Of a DNA stretch of 64,000 bases, positions 46,201 to 58,090 are shown one piece after another (the stretch's first letter is position 1; each line of letters begins with the position of its first letter). The position numbers and the translations under genes were made by a program. The notes beneath the pieces were generated by a model. It was not told the DNA's origin. It was given only the letters and a program-made list of their open reading frames with translations, and did no database searches. Source of the stretch: Macrostomum lignano (Eukaryota); assembly GCA_002269645.1 (NCBI GenBank), contig NIVC01002827.1, positions 1 to 64,000 of the forward strand, read 5' to 3'.

Positions 46201-49200
46201 GGGATTCCCCTTCGATAAGGGATTCCCCTTCGATTCTGGATTCCCCTTCTATACCAGATTCCCATTCGATAAGGGGTTCCTCTTCAATAAGGAATTCCCC
46301 TTCGATCCGGAATTCCCCTTCGATACGGGATTCCCCTTCGATACGGGATTCCTCTTCGATTTTGGATTCCCCTTCAAGAAGGATTGAAGGAATTCCCATT
46401 CGATTCTGGATTTCCCCTCGATGAGGAATTCCCCTACAATACGAGATTTTCTTTCGATAAAGAATTCCTTTTCTATATGGGATTCCCCTTCGATACGCAA
46501 TTCCCTTTACCTTGAAGTTGTCTGAACGTTTTGCAATACTGCCAAACTTGACTAAAATCTGTACGTCTAATTGAGCATAGCTTGGGATTGCCTGTTGCCA
46601 TGGTCACTACCCGGTTGCTATGCAACTGATGCACGGTGTTTGGCATGCTAGGGTTTCTTAATCCTGCGGGGAGGATTACCAGCTAGTGACGTTATAAAGT
46701 CTCACTCATTTCGCAGCTGGCAATCCTTGGCTAGCAACAGTCGCCCTGGCGAAGAATCCTACGAAGACTGGGGCTCCGTGGAGCTCGGGCCCAATTGCCT
46801 GGTTGACGGCAGCGGCAGCAGCCCCGGCGAATCGGACGGCGCAACCGGATTGGCTGAGAAGCCGCCACTGCCTCCCGATACTCAGTGAGTTTCATATATA
46901 CAAGTAAATATTGCTACTTGCACTATTTTTGCTACTGAAAGTAGGCAAGTAAAGCTTATTAAGTTCGATTTTATTCAGGTAGCTCTAAAACCATGGTGAT
47001 TTCAGAAGGATGGAAATTCACCTTGTTTTTTAGAAAATATAAAACCGAGATCAAGAATCGCGTTTTAGTATGGTTATAAAACAAAAAAATGAAGCAGCAC
47101 AGAAAGTAGTCTTTAATTTTAAAATATTGTTTAATACAATATTTGTCTACTATTAGTAGGCAAGCATCGCATATTGTGCGCTTATTTTATTAACTTATTA
47201 TTTTCTGTACACCATTTTGTCTACTAATAGTAGGCAAGTTCCGCATATAGTATTGCTATTGTATATATAATCTTAAGTTACTAAAGCACGAAATCTTTTC
47301 TCTTGCAGACTTGAGCGCGGTACAGAAGTGCGCGGCACTTGGCCCAGGCATCGACCCAGGTAAATTATTAAAAAATCATCTGTTTAGTAATAATACTATT
47401 AAATATCGATTTTAATCAGCGATTTCATACGATTTTTGCTTGCTAAATTTCGACCAATGTCAATTTGCATGTTTCTCCATTACTATACTTAATTTATAAT
47501 CTGTAAATAATTATAATAATCTACTAAAGGCCGGACAATATAAAGTTGAATGTCCCGTCACGGAGTCCATCTTTGAGGTCGCCGCATCCTTCGAATTCTA
47601 GACGATCGTAAGAGCCTATGGCAAAATCGATATTTTTATTTGCCTTATATTTTAAGGAAGCTATTTATGTTTTTTTATTAGAGGTTTAATCTAACTTTAA
47701 TTACTTTTCTTCTTTTTCAACAACCTATCTAGACACTGCTTTTGTTCCTTTTGACTAATAATTGTTAAAAGACCTTTAACAGCTTTTGTTTGCTCTTTTG
47801 TGGGGTACATGTGGTAGCTTGCCTGTGGTTCGATCCCTAATAGATTGCGGTTTTGAGATTTCCTTAATAAGTGTGTCTTATTGTCAAACTAATCGTTATG
47901 CTGTAAATATTACTAATATTATTTATTCGCTTGCTAATTCAGTTTACCGTTTTGATTTGCAGAAATTGTAAAATTTAATAAATATTAATTTTTTTCTTTT
48001 AATCTATGTAAATAATTGTACGAAGAGTGAGAGACTGAGTTTAGACAGATAGATAGAAAGGGATAGAAAAGAGGAGGAAGAGAAGAGATCGTTGAGAAGA
48101 GGGGAGGGAGAGAAGAGATCGGAGAGAGAGAGAAGATCGGAGAAAAGAGGGGAGGGGGAGAAGAGATCGGAGAGAGAGAGAAGATCGGAGAGAAGAGGGG
48201 AGGGGGAGAAGAGATCGTTGAGAAGAGGGGAGGGAGAGAAGAGATCGGAGAGAAGAGGGGAGGGGGAGAAGAGATCGGAGAGAAGAGGGGAGGGAGAGAA
48301 GAGATCGGAGAGAAGAGATCGGAGAGAAGAGGGGAGGGAGAGAAGAGATCGGAGAGAAGAGGGGAGGGAGAGAAGAGATCGGAGAGAAGAGGGGAGGGAT
48401 CGGAGAGAAGAGGGCAGGGATCGGAGAGAAGAGGGGAGGGAGAGAAGAGATTGGAGAGAAGAGGGAAGAGAAGAGTGGAAATAGAAGAGAGGAATGAGAT
48501 ATGATTATTGCTGCTTAGTAAAGCTTGAAATTCAAAATAGCAATAATACACTAATAATTGTAGCTATTAGAACATAGAGTGCTTAAACTTCATTTAGATG
48601 AGATATATTTTTGTTGCAGTTTTTAAGTTGGATTGCAGTTTTAACGAGTATCAATAATTGCGTTCTTCGTTCCTCTGTAGCTATTACAGTGCCACTAGCC
48701 TCACTGTGAATGAGTCAGCAAACCTTTTTCGCCACATTTCCTTTCCCTTGACCAATGCACTACGGGGTATTCGCACTGTACATTTATTTCTTTCCCAAGT
48801 GAATATGCTATTATTGGTTAGCGCTAAAAGCAACAACCACGCCCTTGAGAACATACTGTATTGACTGGGCGAATGCAGTGAGACAGGGTGGGATTAATCC
48901 TGCCTTAGTAGGACCTGTGTAGTTTAAGTATTATAGCATATCAATATCAAAATAGCAATTAGACAAGTGATTGATGATTAAACTGTCTAGCTAATTATCT
49001 ATATATCTAATCTTCATATAAATATGGCTCCACGGAATCAGGTGTAAGTGAATTTATTGTTTGTCTCCTATTTTAACAAATTTATGAAACTTTGCAGAAA
49101 AAGGAACGAAAACTATAGGTGAACAAGTAATGGAATTTAATTGAACCCATTAATTGATTTACTAAATTAGAGAAGAGAGAAGAAAGAGAAGAGGGGAGGG

Positions 49201-52200
49201 AGAGAAGACGGGAGGGAGAGAAGAGAGGAGAGAGAGAAGAGAAGAGGGTGGGAAGAGAAGAGGGAGAGAAGAGAGGAGGGAGAGAAGAGAAGAGGGTGAG
49301 AAGAGAAGAGGGAGAGTAGGGAGGAGGGAGAGAAGAGAAGAAGGAGAGAAGAGGGGAGTGAGAGAAGAGGGGAAGGTGAGAAGAGAAGAGGGTGAGAAGA
49401 GAAGAGGGTGAGAAGAGAGGAGGGAGAGAATAGAAGAGGGAGAGAAGAGAAGAGGGTGAGAAGAGAGGAGGGAGAGAAGAGGGGAGTGAGAGAAGAGGGG
49501 AAGGTGAGAAGAGAAGAGGGTGAGAAGAGAAGAGGGAGAGAAGAGAGGAAGGAGAGAAGAGGGGAGTGAGAGAAGAGGGGAAGGTGAGAAGAGAAGAGGG
49601 AGAGAAGAAAGGAGGGAGAGAAGAGGGGAAGGTGAGAAGAGAAGAGGGTGAGAAGAGAGGAGGGAGAGAATAGAAGAGGGAGAGAAGAGAAGAGGGTGAG
49701 AAGAGAGGAGGGAGAGAATAGAAGAGGGTGAGAAGAGAGGAGGGAGAGAATAGAAGAGGGAGAGAAGAGAAGAGGGTGAGAAGAGAGGAGGGAGAGAAGA
49801 GGGGAGTGAGAGAAGAGGGGAAGGTGAGAAGAGAAGAGGGTGAGTAGAGAGGAGGGAGAGAAGAGAGGAGGGAGAGAAGAGAGGAAGGAGAGAAGAGGGG
49901 AGTGAGAGAAGAGGGGAAGGTGAGAAGAGAAGAGGGAGAGAAGAGAGGAGGGAGAGAAGAGGGGAAGGTGAGAAGAGAGGAGGGAGAGAATAGAAGAGCG
50001 AGAGAATAGAAGAGGGAGAGAAGAGAAGAGGGTGAGAAGAGAGGAGGGTGAGAAGAGAGGAGGGAGAGAAGAGAGGAGGGAGAGAATAGAAGAGGGAGAG
50101 AAGAGAAGAGGGTGAGAAGAGAGGAGGGAGAGAAGAGGGGAGTGAGAGAAGAGGGGAGTGAGAGAAGAGGGGAAGGTGAGAAGAGAAGAGGGAGAGAATA
50201 GAAGAGGGAGAGAAGAGGGGAGGGTGAGAAGAGGGGAGGGAGAGAAGAGAAGAGGGTGAGAAGAGAAGAGGGAGAGAAGAGAGGAGGGAGAGAAGAGAAG
50301 AGGGTTTACATTCGAAATAGTACTAATTATAGATTCATAATCATAAGTAAAAAACTTTAAAAAAGTAATCAAACATAATAACTAAGTAAAAATATTATGA
50401 AATTATTTTTGTAAACCCTCATAGTCGGCCGCGTCAGTTAGTCTCGCCATTGTCCTACTATGGGTATTGAACTATAATTTTCTTAAATTTGTATTGTGTC
50501 GTTAAATAAATTAGATTAGTCGGATTTTATCACGACTAGATAAATATTTCTACGTTTTATTATAATTGCCAATTTTTTCTTCAACAAGTTGCCTCATGTC
50601 CTGACAATTTTACTTTCAGTTCTCGCAGCGGTGCTTTGCTATTGAATGGGTAAGAAAGACTTGTTTTCCAAATAGCCGTCTGTCACTACTTGAGGAGTCC
50701 CTGATAACCAACAGTAGGGATTGCAGCCAAATTGCTTACTAATTAATCCCTATCAGATACCAGTGTATATTTTTATTCTAACATATTTATTTGAGTCGGT
50801 TTGTATATATATATATAAATTATTATTTAATTATTATTGGCAATTATTAGCTTCCTTTAGTTAACGATGCATGGTTCAGTAGAGTTGTTGGCTGTGTTGT
50901 TTATTTTCGGTTTTAGTTTCAGCTATAAGGTAGAAGTATACCTTAACCTAATTTTCAAATAGCTCCATGCATGAACCCACCCTTCTACTTGTCAGTAGAG
51001 CAGTTAGGGTTAGTTGTCGCAATCGATGCATTTTCATTTTGGCTGGCCCAATAAATGCATATAATATTCTATTCAATACGTTCTTAACGCAATAAAAATA
51101 TTTAGAAACTAAAACGGTTTTTACCTTCACAAACTCCCACACACACACACAAGAAGTGTATTCCGCACACATCATCTACTATTAAGTATAGCCATTTGAA
51201 ATTAATATTAAAAAGTTGAAAATAACTAACACAATCCCAAAATTTCTAACTTCTGTGTAAATCGTAGTCTTTTTTTGTCATTTTAAGCGTGTGCAGATCG
51301 CTTAACCAACGTACCTCGTACGAAAATCAAAGTTATTATTAAGTTTAGCGTTGTCTTAGCACTGCAAGTAAATATCACAAACCCGAAATATCACAAACCC
51401 GAAATATCACAAACCCGAAATATCACAAACCCGAAATATCACAAACCCGAAATATCACAAACCCGAAATATCACAAACCCGAAATATCACAAACCCGAAA
51501 TATCACAAACCCGAAATATCACAAACCCGAAATATCACAAATCCGAAATATCACAAACCCAAAATAAACCCAAACCCAAAATATCACAAAGCCGAAATAT
51601 CACAAACCCGAAATATCACAAACCCGAAATATCACAAACCCGAAATATCACAAACCCAAAATATCACCAACCCGAAATATCATAAACCCGAAATATCACA
51701 AACCCGGAATATCACAAACCCGAAATATCATAAACCCGAAATATCACCAACCCGAAATATCATAAACCCGAAATATCATAAACCCGAAATATCACAAACC
51801 CGGAATATCACAAACCTGAAATATCTTAAACCCGAAATGTCACAAACCCGAAATATCACAAACCCGAAATATCATAAACCCGAAATATCATAAACCCGAA
51901 ATATCATAAACACGAAATATCATAAACCCGAAATATCACAAACCCGAAATATCACAAACCCGAAATATCATAAACCCGAAATATCACAAACCCGAAATAT
52001 CACAAACCTCAAATATCACAAGTCTGAAATATCACAAACCCGAAATATCACAAGTCCGAAAACTAAAATAGCAACGCCCTTTGCTAGCACCTGTGCTGTA
52101 ATGATATTTCTGATGCCCCCTCGCGGCTCCGTTGGTTGGCCAATGAATGTACATCTGTAACGCGTACATATAAATGTACATTCGCGGGTTCGCAGGGTGG

Positions 52201-55200
52201 TGGAGGGTGAAAGATTTAGCCAGGACGGACGGTTGGGAATTTCGGAATGGAATGAAATTTCGGCGGAAAAGGTCGAGTTTTTTATGTACACTCGCTCCAC
52301 TCTCCGTACGTTACTTAGTACAGCGACAACAAGGTGTTGGCTGTTGTCCTTTACCATGAAAAATACCCTGAAACTACTCTGCCTCTCCTGCTCAGACTGC
52401 ACCCTTTAACCCATGGACTGGGCTGGACTAATGTGGTCTATATAGTGTACAAAACAAACTAATGAAAAGAAGACTGACTAGAGAAACTGCATGTTGCAAT
52501 TGTAGGCAGCAGAGAATACTGTCTGTCTTAGTTCTACCAATTTTTGCACCTGCGCATATATAGACAGTGCAAAATATTCAATGTATTATTGTATTTCAAT
52601 CGTTTTTTGCGTTCTGTTTTTTTTTCATCATTATTAAAAAAATAATTTGCGCGTTACCTGTTGGTTAAATTTCAAGCGACCAAGAGCCGAGAGCAATTAT
52701 AATATTTTTTTACAATTAACCTGACCTGATTTGACATCATTCGCCGGCCCTCATTTCTCAGCATTCATCGACCGCCGTCTGCTACACAGCTGGCCCAGCA
52801 GTTGTACAGCACGTCGAGCGGTCGGTCGAGTCCGAGAACCTCCGGTGATGGTATGTTCTACGACGAGGTCGACTACCCAGACCCTGGCATATACACCGAT
52901 GCTATGAACGACCAGTTCAAGATATTGAATGAGCGGGTGAGCTTTCCAACCTTTCTAATTGCCCTCTGATTCCCCTGTGAATTGCCCTCTGATTCCTGTG
53001 AATTGCTCCTCTGATTCCCCTGTGAATTGCCCTCTGATTCCCCTATGAATTGCTCCTCTGATTCCCCTGTGAATTGCCCTCTGATTCGCCTGTGAATTGG
53101 CCACTGATTCCCCTGTGAATTGCTCCTTGATTTCTCTGTGAATTGCCTTCTGTTTCCCCTTTGAATTGGCCACTGATTCTTTGTGAATTGGTCACTGATT
53201 CCCCTGTGAATTGCCCTCTGATTCCCCTGTGAATTGCCCTCTGATTCCCCTGTGAATTGCCCTCTGATTCCCCTGTGAATTGCCCTCTGATTCCCCTGTG
53301 AATTTCCCTCTGATTCCCCTGTGAATTGGCCACTGATTCCCCTGTGAATTGCTCCTTGATTTCTCTATGAATTTCCCCCTGATTCCCCTGTGAATTTCCC
53401 TCTGATTCATTTGCGAATTTCCCAACACATCGCTAGATCGACCAGCTGACCCAAAGCCAGTCCCAGGCTGACACGCGGCACAACAAGCTGATGGAAGAGA
53501 ATCAGCTTCTGCGCGAGCGGCTTAACAGACAAGAGGACGACTTTCGCGAGGTCGAAGCCAAACTAAGACGCAAAATTGAGGAGGACAAGTCGCGGTGGAA
53601 AGCCAAGTTAAACAAAATTACCAAGGATAAGGAGGCCGAAATTGAAAGGCTGGTTGACAAGTAAGTGAATTTCTGATATTTCTTTTGATGAGCTGTTGTA
53701 AAATTATTATTTAATTAAACTTCATGGGGCTTAATTACTTAATCTTTACAAACCCCCGCGGGAGAGAGTTTTATTAGGGGTTTGACTTTAACACCCGCGC
53801 GGGAGAGGGTTTTATTAGGGGTTTATGACTTTACCACTCCTGCTGGAGAGAGTTTTATTAGGGGTTTGACTTTAACACCCGCGCAGGAGGGAGTTTTATT
53901 AAGGGTTTATGACTTTACCACTCCTGCTGGAGAGAGTTTTATTAGGGGTTTGACTTTAACACCCGCGCGGGAGGGAGTTTTATTAAGGGTGTATGACTTT
54001 ACCACTCCTGCTGGAGAGAGTTTTATTAGGGGTTTGACTTTAACACCCGCGCGGGAGGGAGTTTTATTAAGGGTTTATGACTTTACCACTCCTGCTGGAG
54101 AGTTTTATTAGGGGTTTGACTTTAACACCCGCGCGGGAGGGAGTTTTATTAAGGGTTTATGACTTTACCACTCCTGCTGGAGAGAGTTTTATTAGGGGTT
54201 TGACTTTAACACCCGCGCGGGAGGGAGTTTTATTAAGGGTTTATGACTTTACCACTCCTGCTGGAGAGAGTTTTATTAGGGGTTTGACTTTAACACCCGC
54301 GCGGGAGGGAGTTTTATTAAGGGTGTATGACTTTACCACTCCTGCTGGAGAGTTTTTTTGGGGGTTTATGACACCCACGTACATTTTTCCACGTTAGACT
54401 AGATTCCAAAAGATAGCTATTTTTTATTTGTAAAAATAAAATCGTTTATTTTAAAAAATAGTTAATTTTTGTCTTGCGGAACTCGAGAATGCGAAGAGTA
54501 TTATTGCAGGTTAGACTTGTATCTGTTACATGTATCTTAGAGAAAAAAGTAATGATACTTGCGGTAAAATTTAATTTCAACGATATTTACAATTAAACTT
54601 ATATTTTATCCCCCCCTTAAGATCCATTATCTCATTGGTAATAGTCATTGAATCATCTTTCAAAAGTGGTGATTGCCCCCAGTTGCCTCGATTTTAGGAG
54701 TATTAGTGCGCCTTGTATTTATTATGTTATTCAAAATTTAATTGCAACCAGTTGCAGGGCAGTATTTGAATAATGCATTGGGTTTTTTTAATCTGGATTT
54801 TAAATTCCTTTTACTGTTTTATAGCAGTGTCTGTGTACTTTTGTGTTGAAAATAGGTTAATTTAATACAAATAATAATTGATTACACCTGCGATGGGCAG
54901 ATGTCCAACCGACAGCTCAGCCGCAGCTATTGCGCGGCGCATCTGAAGGTTGCGTACGGCTGTTCAGTCCAAGGACTGTGGGGTCGCCACACACACCCTC
55001 AATTACGAGTTAAGTGTCTTGCTCAAGGACACAAATTGTTCCAAGTGGGTCGAGAATCGAACCCACGACCTTTCAGTCGTGAATCCGACGCTCTAACCAC
55101 TAGGCTATAACCCTTTAGTAGTTTTAAGATGTAAATTTGTACTTTTGTATTAAAAGTAAATGTGTACTTCAGTCTTTTAAGTGCATATGCACTTTTGTGG

Positions 55201-58090
55201 GAAAGTACACGTAATTATCTTATTTTTATTTTAAAAAACCTCACCCAGGCTTCGCCAAACCGAGTCGGCTCTATCCGAGCATCGAATCGAGGCTGCGCGC
55301 CACCGCGCCGAATCCGAACGATTGCGCGCCGAGAATGCGCGTTTAGAAGAGCGCGCCGAAGCTTTAGACGCGCGATTAAACTCTGCGCGCGAAGACGCCG
55401 AACGGCATCGAGAAACTAGCCGGCGAGATCTGGACGCCGTTAAACAGGAGCGCGACAAGGCCCAGGCGCTGCTGGAAGAATTGAACCGCGAATTGGACAG
55501 CTGGCGCTCTGGCGGTGGCGCCGGCGGCGCCGGCACCGCTGGCGGCACTCGCGAACGTACAGCCTCGGCGGCGGAGATGTTCAATCGGTATCGCGAAGTT
55601 GAACTGCTGGCGAAACGGTTAACACAGGAGAATAAGAATCTTCGAGAACAGTTGGAAGAGGCTCAGGCCGAACTGCTCACGAGGGGACTCGAAGAGGGCC
55701 AGGCACTGCTCAGGCGGCACGGTGGCACTACCAGCCTAGCCGCCGAGCTGGAGACCATGACTAAAGATGAGGTAAGAGGCTACTACGTTGCAATTTCAGT
55801 TTTTTAAATTGTCTAAAACGGCCCTTTTAAGGGCTACTATGCTTTAATTTGTTCCTAAACAAGGAATGCAAATAGATCTTTGTGCTAATTATTTTTTTCA
55901 CTTGCTAGTTACTGTGAATGCTAACAAGTTAACCGGGCCGATATTAGCAGAGTCTCAATCGTTTCCTGGATAAAAAAATAAAAAGCGGTCCTTTTACCGT
56001 CATGCTTACATTTGCTTGCAAAATAAAGACACCAGTTATAACTTTCTAGTTATAACAAGAAAGCTAACATTTGCTAGCTTTTATTTTTTGTAAAAGTTTA
56101 AGACAGATTTATGTTTGTGCAAAATGAGTTTTTAGAGAGTTGTGAAACGGCCCTTTTAAGGGCTAAAACTCTTTACAGCTAGTTGTAGAGGGCTACAACT
56201 CTAAAGTTAGATTTTTAGTTATGTTGTCCTTCGTTTAGTGTTGATTAGTTGTATTTGGAACTAAAGGTTTCTTTTATGTTTTCTTTTGTTTCGCTCAAAT
56301 GTTAAAACGGCCAAAAGAACTTAAATGATGTATATATATATATATATATTTAAATCGGCAACAGGATGAGGCCAGTGAGGCCAGTTGCAGTGAACAGCCA
56401 ACCAGCACCAGATATGATCCAATTTGGCTGACGATGTCTGATACTCAAGTAAGAATTGGCTGAGCCAGTCTAAGCAAAATTAAAGCCAGATTGCATTTCT
56501 TTTTCAATATGTGTGCAAAATTTTCGATCAGTCTACTTGAAGTAGTTTTGCAGCACGTTTTCCTTATTATTTGAAAAGCAATATCGATTTTAAAGGAAAA
56601 TTCTGTAAAAGTGGAAAAATTGTCTTTAAAAGAATTCTTTTATATTCCAATTTTCCTAGGAGTGCAAGCATATTTCCATCAATAACTGATTCACGCATGC
56701 GTTTCGCTGTGATTTGCGGGGCTTAACTGAATTATTAATTGAATGCAGCTGGCATAATAATGGGTACATTTATTCACACATGCACTGGTTATTCAAAAAT
56801 TATAGTGATCAACATTCCTTGCAACTTGAAGCTTATTTTTGGAGTGGCACTACTTTCCTTTGAAGCATTGTTTCACTTGAAAGCAAATGTGCGCTGTATT
56901 CTGTGGCTGTGGGGATTGACCACTATTGCATTGATAGAATTTTATTGTTTTTTAATGGGCTGCAGTGTCAGAAAATTTACTTTTAAGTTAGAAATTGGAC
57001 TGTAGTGTCAGCAAATGGGCTGTAGTGTCAGGAACTGGACTGTAGTGTCAGAAAATGAACTGTAGTGTCAGGAAACTATTTGTAGTGTCAGGAAACGATT
57101 TTTAGTGTCAGAAAACCGACTGTAGTGTCAGGAAACCGATTGTAGTGTCAGGAAACCGATTGTAGTGTCAGGAAACCGACTGTAGTGTCAGGAAACCGAC
57201 TGTAGTGTCAGGAAACCGACTGTAGTGTCAGGAAACGATTTTTAGTGTCAGAAAACCGACTGTAGTGTCAGGAAACCGACTGTAGTGTCAGGAAACCGAT
57301 TGTAGTGTCAGGAAACCGACTGTAGTGTCAGGAAACCGATTGTAGTGTCAGGAAACCGACTGTAGTGTCAGGAAATTATTTGTAGTGTCAGGAAGTTGTC
57401 TGTAGTGTCAGGAAATAGTCTGTAGTGTCCGGAAACGATTTTTAGTGTTAGAAAATTGTCTGTAGTGTCAGGAAATCGACTGTAGTGTCAGAAAACGATT
57501 TGTAGTGTCAGGAAGTTGTCTGTAGTGTGAGGAAACCGACTGTAGTGTCAAGAAACGATTTTTAGTGTCAGAAAAGACTGTAGTGTCAAAAATAGCCTGT
57601 TATGTCAGGAAATAGTCTGCGATGTCAGGAAATAGACTTTAGTGTCAGAAAATAGCCTGTTATGTCAGGAAATAGTCTAAAATGTCAGGAAATAGACTGT
57701 AGTGTCAGAAAATTGTCTGTAGTGTCAGAAAATAGCCTGTAATGTCAGGAAATCTGCTGTAGTGTCAGGAAATAGACAATTAAGCAGAAATCTGTCAGAA
57801 TTTAGAAATTGCACTGGTGCAATGCGAATGAAGTATTGAATATGTATACATTTTTTACCGCAACAGAAGTACCCGCTGTACTTAGTTTTAACGATTTCCT
57901 GAACTTCGAACTCTGAAATTTGCTTCAGTCAGTGTCAATTCATAGTTTTTCTTTTTCACCCTAACAGCTGATGGATCTGCTAGTCAGAGAGAAGGACGGC
58001 AACGAGAAGTTGAGGAACTACATTGACCGGATCCTGTTGAGAATAATGGAGAAGCAGCCCGACCTGCTGGAGGTCGGCATGTTGGCGTAA
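40217..58090 (+). CDS. RAB11FIP4: Rab11 family-interacting protein class II (RAB11FIP3/4, nuf-like), 571 aa, 10 exons
   Basis: Phase-consistent exons 40217-40369, 41565-41664, 41839-41948, 42028-42116, 46717-46884, 47309-47359, 52762-52936, 53437-53660, 55249-55771, 57968-58090 (1716 nt). They encode an N-terminal EF-hand pair (LDEDDAGYITVEKF; LDPQSDGKIYLNDF), YEDWG, a long coiled coil, SLAAEL and the C-terminal Rab11-binding domain NEKLRNYIDRILLRIMEKQPDLLEV. FIP3 versus FIP4 cannot be resolved. Confidence 0.93.
42140..43120. repeat. 39-bp minisatellite CCTGCAGTTCTAGTAGGGATTGGGTAGATTGTTTGTTGT
   Basis: Read directly in RAB11FIP intron 4. Confidence 0.96.
44360..45170. repeat. About 30-bp C-rich minisatellite CCCTCCCTCAACCCCACCCCATTTCACAC
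   Basis: Read directly in RAB11FIP intron 4. Confidence 0.92.
46010..46505. repeat. 18-bp degenerate minisatellite GGGATTCCCCTTCGATAA
   Basis: Read directly; a 54-bp higher-order duplication is present at the 5' end. Confidence 0.9.
48050..48490. repeat. GA-rich low-complexity repeat containing GAGAAGAGATCG
   Basis: Read directly in RAB11FIP intron 6. Confidence 0.9.
49187..50302. repeat. Polypurine GA-rich repeat
   Basis: Read directly in RAB11FIP intron 6. Confidence 0.93.
51372..52090. repeat. 16-bp minisatellite ATATCACAAACCCGAA (reverse complement of the 23.9-kb array)
   Basis: Read directly; followed by the same spacer motif as at 23837. Confidence 0.95.
52955..53420. repeat. 23-bp minisatellite TGAATTGCCCTCTGATTCCCCTG filling RAB11FIP intron 7
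   Basis: Read directly; the intron spans 52937-53436. Confidence 0.94.
53745..54370. repeat. 84-bp tandem repeat made of two related 41/43-bp monomers
   Basis: Read directly in RAB11FIP intron 8; about 7 dimers. Confidence 0.94.
54885..55113 (-). mobile_element. tRNA-derived SINE with a CORE-like segment
   Basis: Minus strand has A box TAGCCTAGTGG (55107-55097), B box GGTTCGATTCT (55063-55053), then TGTGTCCTTGAGCAAGACACTTAAC resembling the MIR/CORE domain. The acceptor and anticodon stems do not form a tRNA. Confidence 0.75.
55820..55835 (+). promoter_or_regulatory. Histone-type 3' stem-loop motif GGCCCTTTTAAGGGCT, copy 1
   Basis: 55813-55835 matches the H2B stem-loop region of this window at 21 of 23 nt. 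Confidence 0.6.
56149..56164 (+). promoter_or_regulatory. Histone-type 3' stem-loop motif GGCCCTTTTAAGGGCT, copy 2
   Basis: Part of an exact 21-bp direct repeat of copy 1 (AAACGGCCCTTTTAAGGGCTA). Confidence 0.55.
56985..57780. repeat. 20-bp minisatellite CTGTAGTGTCAGGAAACCGA
   Basis: Read directly in RAB11FIP intron 9. Confidence 0.94.

Noticed and set aside
55040-55113. Functional tRNA gene
   Set aside because: The acceptor stem does not pair and the anticodon arm is one base short; the downstream CORE-like motif indicates a SINE.
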